Shown: positions 38,294 to 50,451 of the stretch, in pieces
How positions within the stretch are numbered: position 1 is the stretch's first letter
How the letters are laid out: each line of letters begins with the position of its first letter
From: Podarcis melisellensis
Lineage: Eukaryota
Length of the DNA stretch: 64,000 nt
Assembly (NCBI GenBank): GCA_964234715.1
Contig: OZ174275.1
Reading direction: 5' to 3' (one strand)
Program-made: the position numbers and the translations under genes
The notes under the pieces: model-generated
Told to the model about the DNA's origin: nothing
What the model saw: only the letters and a program-made list of their open reading frames with translations
The model's database searches: none

Positions 38294-38650
38294 GTAACAA
38301 GATGGAATGGGAATGGACTCCCACCCCCCCTTTTTCTTTTCCCACCCAGATGCTAGAGAAACCATTTGTAGTTCCTGGCATGCTGATGCAACCCTCAAGA
38401 GCTGCTTACCAAGTTCATAATCCCCCCCCCCTTCTTTTAAATCAGCCCTGTGAGCTGTAACATTCTGGGAAGCAGCCTGGCTGGAAGCCAGTTGCACATC
38501 ACATTTCCTGATTCAGGCTTTGCATGCCTTTGAGACCGGTTTTCAAGAGATCTCCTACAACTTGAGAAAAAGTCCTTGGGCTGAGGACCGCTTGGGTGTT
38601 AGTAACGTTCTGCTGCTTGTTTATTCTTCCATTATTTTCCCCCTTTAAAG

Positions 38651-38789
38651 GGATGTTTCGTCTGTGGAGCTTCTGATGAAACACCACCAGGGCATAAAGT
38701 CCGAGATAGACACCAGGCAGAAAAGCTTCACCACTTGCTTTGATCTTGGCAAAGCCCTGCTGCAGCGCAGGCACCATGCTGCAGACGAG
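38651..38789 (+). CDS. SPTB: SPTB exon 28
   Basis: [22 protein letters not shown]...HHAADE; 139 nt. Confidence 0.94.
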
Positions 38790-39857
38790 GTGAGGGCTTC
38801 CCAGCACAAGCTTTGTTGTGACAGATGACTAATATATAGTAAGCATTAAGCATGGCTGCTCCCCACCTTAGGTTCCTGCGGGTGTAGATGGAGGCACTGG
38901 CTTTCTGGAACGAAGGTGCCTCCTCCTTCAGCCATGAGTCCAGGTGGCATTTATGACAGAGCAGCCCCTCTCCCCCTCTGACATTTTCAGCAACCCATTC
39001 AGAATTCTATTTAGGGGAAGGAGAGCCTTTTTCACTCTGGGGAATTCTCATGAACACCTGTGACAGATGAGCGGGACAGCCTGCCTGACAATCATTATGT
39101 CATCATATGAGTGACCGGTAGTTTGTCCCATCTACCTGTTAAAATCCCTTATGTGAGTTTCCCAAGCGCCTGAGAGCCAGATAGGAACCATAGCACACGG
39201 GGCATTGCCAGCCCTATGCTTGGCACTTCGGAAAGGGATGAGCATAGGCTGGCAAAGCACTTCTTTCTCCTGCCCGTCAGCTGACGGGGAGAGTGGAAGG
39301 GGGTTCTCCATTGCACAGTGCATGTCTGCAACCTCACGGTGCGGGTGGGGTATGTGCATTGCTCCAAGAGGGGGGAGAGGATCTGTGGAGGTTGCAAAAA
39401 TTATGAATAGGTAGGACAGTTCAGTGCCTACCACAAACATGGAGCAAACTCTCATTTAAAGACGGGGTCTGCTGCCATGGCATAAAACATGGGCCTGAGC
39501 TGCTCCCTATTTTGCCTGTGTTTTTTTGCTCATGCACAATAGTTTTAATTGTCCCAAGAAACTACAGAATGAAAAATCCCCACACTTCATCTATATTATG
39601 TGAATATCTAAGAGGTATTCCATGCCTTCTGCCCACAACCCAGCACAGAGGGAAATGTAAGGCACTTAGGTGTGCTTAGCTTTGAGCATCATTGTTGTGT
39701 GCGTGCACTGTCTTAGGGTTTTTCTGGTAAGAAAGAAAAGCGGGATTCGTCTAAGCATTATACATAGTTAAAGCAGGAAACTCTGTGCACTTAACCTAAC
39801 TGCCATGAAACCTGTGGCAGGGAGGGAGAGAGAAAACTTTCCTCCCTCTCCTTTTAG

Positions 39858-39942
39858 ATAAAAGAAAAACTGATGCAGCTGGCAGAGAAGAGGAGGGAGA
39901 TGGTGGAGAAGTGGGACAGGCGTTGGGACTGGCTTCGCTTGT
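39858..39942 (+). CDS. SPTB: SPTB exon 29
   Basis: [28 protein letters not shown]; |gtaagt; 85 nt. Confidence 0.94.
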
Positions 39943-40131
39943 GTAAGTATCCCGCGAGGTGTTTCCTAGGTGGGCTGACTGGAATGAGGCTTTTCCATGT
40001 AGGCCATGTAGGAGTCTTTTCCAAGTGGGCACTTTTCCATGTAGGGCAAGGCCCAGCCATCAATGTGTGTGCATCCTACATCCTGAGTCATGACCCTCTC
40101 TCTGGTTTCCCTTCTCCTCTTCACACACCAG

Positions 40132-40328
40132 TGCTTGAGGTGTGCCAGTTTTCCAGGGATGCCTCAGTGGCCGAGGCGTGGCTCATTGCCCAGGAGCCCT
40201 ATCTCTCCAGCGGTGATTACGGGCAAACTGTGGATGCTGTGGAGAAGCTACTGAAAAGACACGAAGCCTTTGAGAAATCCACAGCCACGTGGGAAGAACG
40301 TTTTGCTGCCTTGGAGCGTCTGACCACA
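40132..40328 (+). CDS. SPTB: SPTB exon 30, partial repeat 17 (tetramerisation site)
   Basis: [24 protein letters not shown]...[13 protein letters not shown]; 197 nt. Confidence 0.95.
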
Positions 40329-40444
40329 GTAAGTAGACCACAGAAGGAAGAGCCTGCCAGCACTTTGTATGGTTAACAATAATGGAAACCTACTAACCAA
40401 GCGGGTTGGGAATATGGGGATCCAACTGTTGCTTCTTATTACTA

Positions 40445-40676
40445 CAGTGGTACCTCGGTTGTTGAACATAATCTGTTCCGGAAGACTGACTTCCGAAATG
40501 TTCGACAACCAAGGCGCAAAGGGCGGTTGGCAAAGTCAATGGAGAAAAAAGGGGGGGAAATGCAGGAGAAGCCGTTTGACTTCTGAGGTGCATTCGAAAA
40601 TGGAAGCAATTAGTTTTCGGTGTTTGGGTTCCAAAATGTTTGGCTTCCGAGATGCTCAAAAATTGAGGTACGACAT
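40445..40676. mobile_element. Tigger-like MITE
   Basis: TA|cagtggtacctcgg ... gaggtacgac; right TIR degenerate. Confidence 0.7.
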
Positions 40677-41129
40677 TAGAAAGCCTAATTTGTGTTTCAT
40701 TTTATTTTAATGTGAAGCTTTTCAAAAACGCTTTCTTGAATATTCCTGCAGAGAGTATTGGGCTGAAGAAAATAATAATTCGAAGATGAATATACGTATA
40801 TTTGTCAGGAAAAAAATATTGGCCGAAGCATTGCTTTCAATGCCTGTTATAGCACCCTAATGCATGCTAATACCTTTCTCAGTAAAACCAGTGCTAGACC
40901 CTAGAGCAGTGATACGGCAACATAAAAGGCAAATAGCACAGTGAAGTGCAATATGGGGGAAATGTGTAGGTGTAGGAATGGCAAAACTGACCCCTGAAGG
41001 GATGGGGTAGATGAAAATGAGGTCACAGGTGCAACAGGGAACGGGGAGTGGCCTCTTTCACATCTGCCTATACAAAAAAACCCCACCCTGTGTGTTCTTT
41101 AATATCCCCCCAAAAATATTCTTTTCCAG

Positions 41130-41239
41130 CTTGAATTACTAAGGAATAGAACGATTCCAGAAGACCTTTCGCAGCACAAAGTGGCTAGGACCACAGACCT
41201 GGAGTTTGACTTTGAGACAGAGCCAGAAACTGAGATGGG
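41130..41239 (+). CDS. SPTB: SPTB exon 31
   Basis: cttttccag|LELLRNRTIPEDLSQHKVARTTDLEFDFETEPETEMG|gtaggt; phases 0 and 2 fit the neighbouring exons; 110 nt. Confidence 0.85.
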
Positions 41240-41269
41240 GTAGGTTACATGTATGTAAGTTGCCCTTTG

Positions 41270-41435
41270 GGCTGTTTCTTCCCCGAGTGTCAGCAGAACT
41301 CCATCAAGAACAGGCCAAATCCTCAATTCCCAGACACAAGAACCACCCACCAACAGTATCTCCATTTTGTTAGGATTCAGTTTCAGTTTGTTGGCTCTCA
41401 TCCAGTCCATTACTGCCTCCAGACACTGATCCAGA
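41270..41435 (-). mobile_element. L2 LINE RT remnant
   Basis: Minus-strand ORF MDWMRANKLKLNPNKMEILLVG matches the L2 WMxxNKLKLNPDKTEVL motif. Confidence 0.8.
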
Positions 41436-41645
41436 GATCATGTAGCTTGTTGGACCTCTTCAACACTGCCTTATCCACATCTTTGGGTCACAATAAGCGA
41501 AACTCCTCTCATAACGCTGAAGAAGATGGTGCTTTCAAGATGAACAGTATCAATTGATGTCCCAGGGGTGTAATTCCACAATTAGGATTAACATTTCTGT
41601 CCTCTGCTGGAGTGCAACCTGAGACTATTTTTTGAGTCTGGTGTA

Positions 41646-41863
41646 CAGTGGTACCTCGGGTTACATACGCTTCAGGTTACAGACTCTGCTAACCCAGAAA
41701 TATTACCTCGGGTTAAGAACTTTGCTTCAGGATGAGAACAGAAATTGTGCAGCAGCGGCAGCAGGATGCCCCATTAGCTAAAGTGGTGCTTCAGGTTAAG
41801 AACAGTTTCAGGTTAAGAACAGACCTCCAGAACGAATTAAGTTCTTAACCCGAGTTACCACTG
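41646..41863. mobile_element. Tigger-like MITE, complete
   Basis: TA|cagtggtacctcgggtta ... taacccgagttaccactg|TA. Confidence 0.9.
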
Positions 41864-42026
41864 TATTGGCAGAGGCAACAGCTATCTCATGAAGGTAGAG
41901 TTGATCTTTGTGGAGTTGGAAAGAAAAAAAAGGACTGAGATGCTGCCCTCTTGTGGTTGTGAAAACTATCCTACTTAACCTAGGGCTGAAATTCCTAGTC
42001 TCTGCACCGGTGCAATTATATGGTTT

Positions 42027-42225
42027 NNNNNNNNNNNNNNNNNNNNNNNNNNNNNNNNNNNNNNNNNNNNNNNNNNNNNNNNNNNNNNNNNNNNNNNNNN
42101 NNNNNNNNNNNNNNNNNNNNNNNNNNNNNNNNNNNNNNNNNNNNNNNNNNNNNNNNNNNNNNNNNNNNNNNNNNNNNNNNNNNNNNNNNNNNNNNNNNNN
42201 NNNNNNNNNNNNNNNNNNNNNNNNN
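42027..42225. other. Assembly gap (N run) in intron 31
   Basis: About 199 N. Confidence 0.99.
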
Positions 42226-42490
42226 ACTTCAGCAGTAGGCTGTATCTAATTGGTGATGTTGCACAGGCAAAGGGGCTTTTGATCCAGCAGGAGGCATTCA
42301 CTAATGGAAGAGGGTAGGCAATTTTTGCTAATTTCTGGCAGCTCCTCCCTCCCCAATCTGTTCTGGAAGGTCCCTCGTCAGCTATTAGTGGACATCTCTG
42401 CTCAAGCAATAGCACAGGGAGGATGACTTATTCTGCTCCATGTTGTTTCCATTTTATATACTGGACTATGTTCTTCTGTGTTTACTGTAG

Positions 42491-42569
42491 GCCTGAAGAA
42501 GAGAGGGAGAAGAAGGAGGAGTTAAGTTTAGAAGATGCCATTTCTCCTGATGCAGAAGACTCATCACTG
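42491..42569 (+). CDS. SPTB: SPTB exon 32, segment shared by both isoforms (spliced at CTG|GTCAGT for the long isoform)
   Basis: tttactgtag|(G)PEEEREKKEELSLEDAISPDAEDSSL; 79 nt; phases 2 and 0. Confidence 0.85.
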
Positions 42570-42587
42570 GTCAGTTATCAGTTTTAG
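42570..42587 (+). CDS. SPTB: Read-through C-terminus of the short erythroid-type isoform (VSYQF*)
   Basis: gtc agt tat cag ttt tag in frame. Same arrangement as the mammalian beta-I-sigma-1 tail, which also begins VS at the unused donor. Confidence 0.65.
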   Translation, partial: VSYQF

Positions 42588-42761
42588 TTCCTCCTGCCTG
42601 GAAACCTCCACAGCTTAATTCAGTTATCCAGTTTTGTTGCATCTTTGTAAAAATACACAAAATGTATTTTTCTGGCAAAAGAAAAAAAAAGAATTCTTAT
42701 GTTCAGTTATTTAGAACTTTAACTTGCAGTACTCTTCACAGTCTTCTACTTTGATAAATAT

Positions 42762-42767
42762 AATAAA
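42762..42767 (+). terminator. Candidate intronic poly(A) signal for the short isoform
   Basis: AATAAA 175 nt after TAG 42587, with TGTA motifs upstream (~42647, ~42663). Confidence 0.55.
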
Positions 42768-42844
42768 CACCAGGAAATTTGGAGCCAATATGTATATCTG
42801 CAAAATGGATCTGTTAAATATAGATTAATGTTACTATTTTAATA

Positions 42845-42981
42845 TGTAGTTTCTCAACCTGGTGCTCTTGAGATGTTGCTGGACTGCGGCTCCCATCCTC
42901 CCTGGTCATTGGCCATGCTGGGTGGAGTTGATAGTTAGTTGGAGTCCAGCAGCATCTGGGAACCAAGGTTGGGAAAGGCTG
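42845..42981. mobile_element. Palindromic MITE
   Basis: agatgttgctggact...agtccagcagcatct hairpin; further copies at about 17750, 44610 and 47540. Confidence 0.7.
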
Positions 42982-45506
42982 CTCTGCGGTTCCCTCTAAA
43001 TTATATTTTTGCTGTAACAGATCCTTCATAGACTCAATTGTGTATATGTTTTGAACTGGAGAGCTGCTGTATTCTCATTGAAGGAGCTACTGTATCTGAT
43101 GCTGTCTAATGCTTATAGCATGGTGCACAGTTTTGACCGTACATGATTAGTCTGTTAGCTACACACATTTCTCAGTTAGGATCCTGGCAACAGCACACAA
43201 GCCTAGCAGTGTGCTTTTTGGAATAGTTTCTGTATCAGAAACCTTAAACCCAGGGTATCGTAAGTAGTGTGACTAAATGGGAAAGAAGACAAGACTTCTG
43301 GTCATTTAATAGTGGTCTAGAGTAAGGCATTTGTGCAGAATAATGTTGGGTTTAGAGCTCTAGGTGGAGGTACAGTATCTGATAGTTCTTGTAGAAAAAG
43401 TGTGAAGCCAGGTGGAGAGAAGAGTACAAACACTCTTAGCTTAATCGGTGACCCACCTTCTCTGGAGTGATTCCTGAGGCACTTTCCTCTTTACAGGCCT
43501 GATCCTGATCTCTTTATAAAGCCAAAGAAGCTCCTGGCTTCCAAGTGATTTTAATTAGTCCAGCCGCATCAAATGAATGAATGTTTCAAAGATACTCACC
43601 ACCTGATCTCCCTGCTGTTCCTGTGGAGTCTTTCCTGTTCCCTACCCACAGCTTCGAATGCTGTCTGGATCAAGGAGTCAAATGTTTATTCGAAACCCAA
43701 CTGTACCCAGAAGAGAGGGTTGTTCTATATATATTTTATTTTTCAGGCATTTGGGAAACCCTTTTGAAGAAAAGATCTGATCTGTCTGGCCACTTTGTAT
43801 CCAACTTGGCCAACATATTTTTTGTACATTGTTTTTAATAAGCATTTGCTTTCTTCTTTATTCCCCTCTACCCTTTTAAGGAATGAAGATAGGCCTTGTT
43901 GTACTCATGGTGAAAAGAAAGTGATGAGCAAAATTCCAGCATGGGCTACTCAGGCCCACATCCCAGGTTGCTCTATCGTCTAAGGATCCAAGTTTCATTC
44001 TCTTGCAAAGGAAGAATGTGTCAGGTGTATTGATGCATAAGTCAATACATTTTCACGTGGTGCAATGCAGTGGCCTGGTGAGAAGAAGAGTGGAGTGATT
44101 GAGCCTACAGAAATGCATAAAATACACCCTATAGTTAGTGAAGAGAAATCACAAGATGGAATTCATGTCTGCATTGCTGTCTTTGTTAGCAATTTATAGA
44201 GTGACCTTGCCCTTCCTGGAAAAGTGGGTTGCTTTTTGTGCTTGTAAAACGGAAGATCATGGGCAACGAATGGACGATGATGAAGGTGCTGTGATCATGA
44301 CCTTTCTTAAAAGCAACTGAGAAAGAACCATACCTAAAAGATTTCTTCCAATGTAGCTGTGATACTATTAATCTTACAGGTGCTTCCAGAAACATCAAAA
44401 TGAATTGTTAGGACAATCCCTGCTATACCAGAGGCACCCAAACTCATGGAAACTCTTAATTCTTTTTTTTAAAAAAAGTTGGGCTTACTTTATGACGCAG
44501 GGTGCTCCCTGACACACAGGTACAAAGGAAGACCTGTGGCACTGCACCTCAGTATAACATGCCAACAAGAAGCAGTTCTGTGGTTGCTTTTCACTTTTGC
44601 TGTAAACCAGGTCTAAAGAACCTATGGCACTCAGATGTTGCTAAACCACATCTCCTATCAAACTGACCCATTGGCCAGCGACATCTAGAGTTCCACAGGT
44701 TCCCCATCCCTTTTGTAAATGGAGGTTTGTTACTGCAGATAGATGTGGTAGTAGCTCTCCTTCCACATGTACCTCTCGACGTGATTCGGAGGCACCGTGG
44801 CTTCACAGAATAAGCCCAAAACATGCAGTTAAAGTTTCCCTAAGCAACAGAAGCACAATGCAGCCAATAAATGTTCTATTTTGTTCTAAAAAGGCTCATT
44901 TGTTGGAGTGTGAAGACACAGCATTAAGACACAGTAATCTCAGTCCTGCACACTCACCCACAAGTGTGCATCCACATCCATTTTCATTTTGTATTTATCC
45001 AAGGCAGTTGTGTATCTGAACATCTAAAAACTCCACAAGTATTTACACTGGGAAGCACAAGCCATCATTCCAAGAGGATCGGTCTTCGCCACATACACTC
45101 ATCAGGTCTTTCCTCCTACATGATGATTGATAGGTGCTTCCTCATTAACAGTGCAAGACATGCAGCTCATCAGATAATCTGCAGGCAGGCCCTTCTTGCT
45201 GCCAGCTTTTTTCCACTGCTCTTACTCATCCCCGTACTGTCCAGCAAAATATCCACAACTCTGCCAACACTTTTGTTGCTTTCTGTAAGCCTTTGCGCTT
45301 CTCTGTGCCATTGTTTCTCTCAGCCTTCTTTCACTTTTCCCCTTCTTCTTAGTCTTACAGCTCTCTCCCCCCCCCCCCTTAAGCAGCTTGCTTACAATAT
45401 CTTGAAAATTTTCTTTGTGTCCTGTTGCCGCCAGCTTAATATCTGAAGACAGACTTTCAATGTGCCTTTAATGGACAAGTCATCCAAAGTACTCCCTGGG
45501 AGTATG

Positions 45507-45507
<1 letters not shown>

Positions 45508-45551
<44 letters not shown>

Positions 45552-45557
45552 TATTAT
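45508..45557. repeat. (TTA)n microsatellite
   Basis: Read directly. Confidence 0.95.
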
Positions 45558-48500
45558 GACTACTCCCTGGCTCAATCTGTGCCTGTCGTCCCCTCTTGTG
45601 TTCTTCCCATGCATCCTTGCCTCTTTCTTCCCAGAATATATGAGCCTCCTTCCATTCTTGCCCCGCAGGCTTTGGGCCATACTTGAGAGTGGGGTGCCAA
45701 GCAGCACTGACGTCTTCTCTGAACCTTTGTTCAGATCAGTTGGTGCCAAGGCTCCACCTCTGCAGTAAGTGCCTGTCTGAAACAGCCTCTCCAGTGCTCA
45801 AGCCATTTGGCATGACCAGATGAATGATTGGTCACATGTAAGCCTGGCAATAGAATGGGACCTTGGAGCAATCCCTCGCAGGTTCGCTGTTAAGGATAAA
45901 TCCTGGAGGTCTGGAGTAGTGTTTTGAAGGAGGCCATCCTGCCCAAAAAAAAGAGAAGGGAATCTCTGCTGCTGTTGCTGCTTTTCTCTCATATCTGCTT
46001 CCATCCAGCCTTTTCTACTAACTTGGTAACAATTACTGGCCTTGACATTTGTGGCAATTGGGTATGCATGCTACACACTGCAAAGTAAGTTGTGGCTAAT
46101 CACAAAAGAAGGCAGCAACTTGAAGCCGCTGTTTTCTCAGTACACACGCTTGCAACAAACCCTCACTTGTAAGCATTTTGTTTCGCAGGCAATTCAAAAG
46201 CCATTTTTCTTAAGTCCCCTGGGGACTGACTGTTCTGTAATATCAGTTTTCTTCTGGGACTGGTTTATTGTGACCATCTACTCTCTGCAGGTATTTAAGG
46301 TCTTGGAGCTTTGCTGCTCTCTGTGGAATAGCTGATCACTGTCACAGTAGCAAAAGCCAAGTGTCTGGATAAGGTGCCCTGCAAAAGAGTCCTTGTGAGA
46401 AAACAAGTCTTTGTGGAGCTGTTCACAAAGTTGAGTTTCTATGGATTCCTGCAGGCATTGGGACAGCTCGTTCCATACTTTGTCTTGTTCACTGTGATGC
46501 ACCAAGAAGGCCTGTTGCAATGAGATAAGGAGGGCAGAGGGCACCAGGAAAAGGAAGCACAGCTGTAGTTTTTATAGTCAAAACGGTTTAGATTTTTCAG
46601 GTGTTTCTGGCACAGCACTGAAAAATAACTGCACTCGGGAATCCCAGCCAGCCAGCAGATGCCAGCACGAAAGGACAAGGCATTGGACCTAAGATTGGGG
46701 CAGGGACGATTAAGACTGAGGAACACTTTGCTAGGGGCTACCTTTGGCCAAATTATTTATTCCACTAATTTAGATTTTTAACACCCTCCGCCTCTTCCAG
46801 AGACTCAGTTGTTGAGCTGTGGTGTCTAGGTGTATTTTGCCATGTGCCTCAAATCAATAAGAGTTGCGCAAGGTTTTTTGGGAATTACATTCAAAACTGT
46901 AGAAGCAAGAAGCGCTTTGCTAAAAAGATTCCTCAGAAGTCATACATGGAGTTGCCTCAGGTAGCCTATTTATTTGTCCCTGGAGCTCTTTTCAGGCTAG
47001 GAGTTCTGTGGCCATCCAAATGTTGCTGGGCTACAACATCTGAAGGACCACAGGGTCTCCACCACAGCCATAAAGCCATAAAGGCCAGGTCACAGCTGAT
47101 GAAATGCATGTATCATTCCTATAACTTGCCATGTTATGACAAAGCTGCTTTCGCTGTTGTTGTGCTCATGGCAGGAAGCCTTGATTAGCAGGGGTTTCCT
47201 ACAGCATGCTTACGTGGTGAAATAGGCACCTGTGCTCTTTTATCACAAAATTTATTCACACAACAAATGGTGAGGAAAATACTCCCCCCCCCCCAAGCAG
47301 GCAAGCTTTTGACGTTTTGAAAAGTATACCATGGAGTTATTGAAGATCTCAGCAAAATAAGTTCTGGCCTTAGCACTGCTCCATTAGAAGTCAGCATTGG
47401 TAAGAAGACCAGAAGAATAGAATCCTACCTTTGGCATCAGGCCCAGTAATTTCTCTGACCTGGCGCAAGCACAGATCTACTGGTGTGCTTTACATTCAAT
47501 GTGTGATGCCAATGCAGAATTAGCCAGTATAACCTAAAGAGCCTTTGGCCAAACTGGTACCCGCCAGATGTTTTGGACTACAACTCCCATCAACCCCAGC
47601 CAGTGGGCACCAAGTTGGCAAAGGCTGACCTTCACTACTCTGCACAGCTAGTTGGATGCATGCTGGGGTAGTTACATTGTGTGGTCCAGGTACAGGTGTC
47701 TTAGGCTGCACTCCTGGCCACACCTGGCAATGTTCTATTGAAGTTAATAGAACTTAGACATGCATAAGATAGAGCTGTTGATATTTTCCTGGCACCTAAG
47801 CGTGCTGTTGGCTCTTGAGTCTCGTTTTTAGAGCCATTGCTTACCCTGGGGTTCGTTCCAGCTTTGTGGTTCTATGATTACATTCTGCACTTAGACCCAC
47901 AATCACACAATGTACAGTACTTGCAGTTCTCAATTTTGCAAACACAAAGTGAATGCAGTTGATATGGAAATTCTTCTACCAGTTATTCAAAGGTAAGTCC
48001 ACTAGGCCTCAATGGGGCTTATATACTTGCAAACAACAGGAGCATCATAAACATATTCTGTGTTAACAAAAGCAAATCTTAACCAAAAGAGTTTTAATTA
48101 TCTTTCTGAAGGCTGGGAAGGGAGTCTGTGACCCTGGGCAGCACAACCACGAAGTTATTCATTAAGCAACCTCAAATGATAGTAGGGTGAACAGCAGAGC
48201 ATCCCAGAGGATCTTAAAAGGAGGACAGAATCAAGAGTGGGGAGCAGATAGCCCTTCAGATTTCCCAGACCTAAACTATATGTGGCTTTAGAGGTTATAG
48301 CCAGGGATGAATTGGGTTTGGACACATGCTGCAAGCCAGTGCAAAAAGCAATACAGTCAAATTCTCCAAATAAAGATCTCTAGTAATTGCCTGGTATTCT
48401 GAGCCAGCTATAGTTACTGAACAGTTTTCAAAGGCAGCCTCACTCTAGAGTGGTCCAAAGTATGTGTGGTAGTGGCCGGATTCCCCCTTTTCTGGAAGGG

Positions 48501-49752
48501 ACTGCATCTGGCACACTAAGTGAAGCTCCTGGCCATGGCCAAACCATGCCCCTCCAAGCACTAGCAAACTGAATAATCACTCTCAGGTTAGCTTTCCAGC
48601 TGACCATATGAACTCTGTCTCACCTGGTTTAATTTTTATGTAAAACTGGGAGCAATGTTGCAGTCAGATATTACAAACCAGTTTACAGGTTGCCTTCATG
48701 AGCTCAGATTACGTCCACCATAGATTTGTGATAAATAGTTTCACACAAGTGCAGTTTCCACAGGTATGAAACAACTGCGTAAATTGGTCCTTGGATGTGA
48801 CCAAGGACCCTTTCCAACATCCTCTATTCAGGCTTTCAACATTGCAGCTATGTTGGTGACTTGTGTGGTGCTGGAAGTGTGTTGGGCAGTAACGACACTG
48901 AGACTCACCCTGCATATCTGTGCTACACCTTTGTAGCAGTATTATATCAGTTTAACGGTCATGGCTTCCCCCCAAAGAATCCTGGGAATTGTGGTTGCTG
49001 CTGAGAATTAGCTATTAAGAGATCCCTAGCCACTGCCCACCCCCCCAAACAAAACCTCAGTTCAGTGGAGAGGTGGGATGACAACTGAAGCCAGGTGACC
49101 AACTATATATTGCAGAGAATACCTGGATGTCAAGGACACCTCCCTGCCAACATACAACTCCCAGTATTGTTTGTTAAAAGAAAAGTGATGTCAGTATTTC
49201 TCTGCCCTTACTTAGACTTTCACTTGTAGAGAGCAGGTATACGCAGAAGAACACATTGGCATCATCTCATATGTTCTTTACCAAATATTACCAGGAAGGT
49301 GAGGCAAGAATGAGATGGGTCAGCAACATCTACCTGTCCCCTGTAATATTTAGTTGGACCTTAACATTGTGATGTAGGTCTACAATGCCCTGCATGGAAT
49401 TATCACTTCTAGGCAGTACCAGGCTGAGCAGATTTGCCGTCAACTTGTTTCTAAAGTGACTTTGGGCAGGGTGCTTATCTCTGCATTCCCTGCCAGCTAT
49501 TGCTCTTCTCTGGGATCACACATGCCTAACAGAGACATTACAATATGCTCTCTCTTCTTAGCTGTGCTGTGGACTATTGACCTCAGTTCCTTTTGCTTCC
49601 TCTGACCCACTGAATTGGAGGCAGTATGAGATGCAAATATAAGCCTCAAGAAGTGCCTAATGTTGCTGGCTTTATATGCTCCTACCGACACAAAGCACTT
49701 CTCTGTCCCTCTTGCCCTGTAGCAGCTGATCCATTTAGGCAGCTTGGAATCG

Positions 49753-50000
49753 TAAGAACATAAGTGGAGCCTGCTGAATCAGGTCAAACGCCCATCTGGA
49801 TGCTCTCACAGTGGCCACCCAGACACCTTTGGGAAGCCCAAAAGCAGGACCTCCCCACTTGTGATGTCCAGCAATTGGTATTCAAGAGACACACTGCCTC
49901 TGACAGAGAAGGTAGAACATGGCCATCGATAGCCTGATCCTATAGGAATTTATCCAATCCTCTTAAGGTTATCCAAGTTGGCCACACTACATCTTGTGGA
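49753..50000 (-). mobile_element. CR1 3' fragment
   Basis: taagaacataag...gcctgctgaatcagg start, typical of a reverse-oriented CR1 tail. Confidence 0.65.
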
Positions 50001-50451
50001 ACATCTAAAACGCCAGCTCCAGCCACTGTACAGCCTATGATGGTTCCAAGCTAGGATCATCAGTTGTGTGGACCACTGCAAACCAAAGCATCCTTGTGCA
50101 TCTGGAATGAGGGGCCTTTCAAGTAAATGCCAATCTACGCATTCAGAAAAATCACATGACACAGTCTGTAAGGCACTATAATACTGGTGTGGAAATTCCA
50201 CAATGGAGTGTTCCCTTGTGGCAGAAACACTGCTTACACAAAGAGTGCTATTGTGTTAGGAAGACAGGATCTAAACCTGTGTGGCATGCTGGTTAGCTAG
50301 ACATGCCCCAGAGATTTTGTATGTCAGGGAAATACTTAAAACATGCAAACTCCACTGGTGCCCTGACGTATGATATCAGGGAGGCTGCACTATATTGTTT
50401 CCCCAGGCATGTACCAGTAGTTTGGTACTGAAAAACTGGACAATAGGATAT

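Noticed and set aside
44964-45446. 160-aa ORF in intron 32 as a nested gene
   Set aside because: GTG start, low-complexity Leu/Ser-rich sequence from a pyrimidine tract, no recognisable domain.
43600-46520. Minus-strand exon-like segments (about 43600-43700, 44958-45115, 46280-46512) suggesting a nested antisense gene
   Set aside because: The first two have stops in all three frames and no coherent ORF links the three. A lncRNA cannot be supported from sequence alone.
47983-47998. Strong donor AAG|GTAAGT suggesting a micro-exon in intron 32
   Set aside because: The GTAAGT is part of a recurring palindromic repeat remnant, and the implied 10-nt exon would shift the frame.
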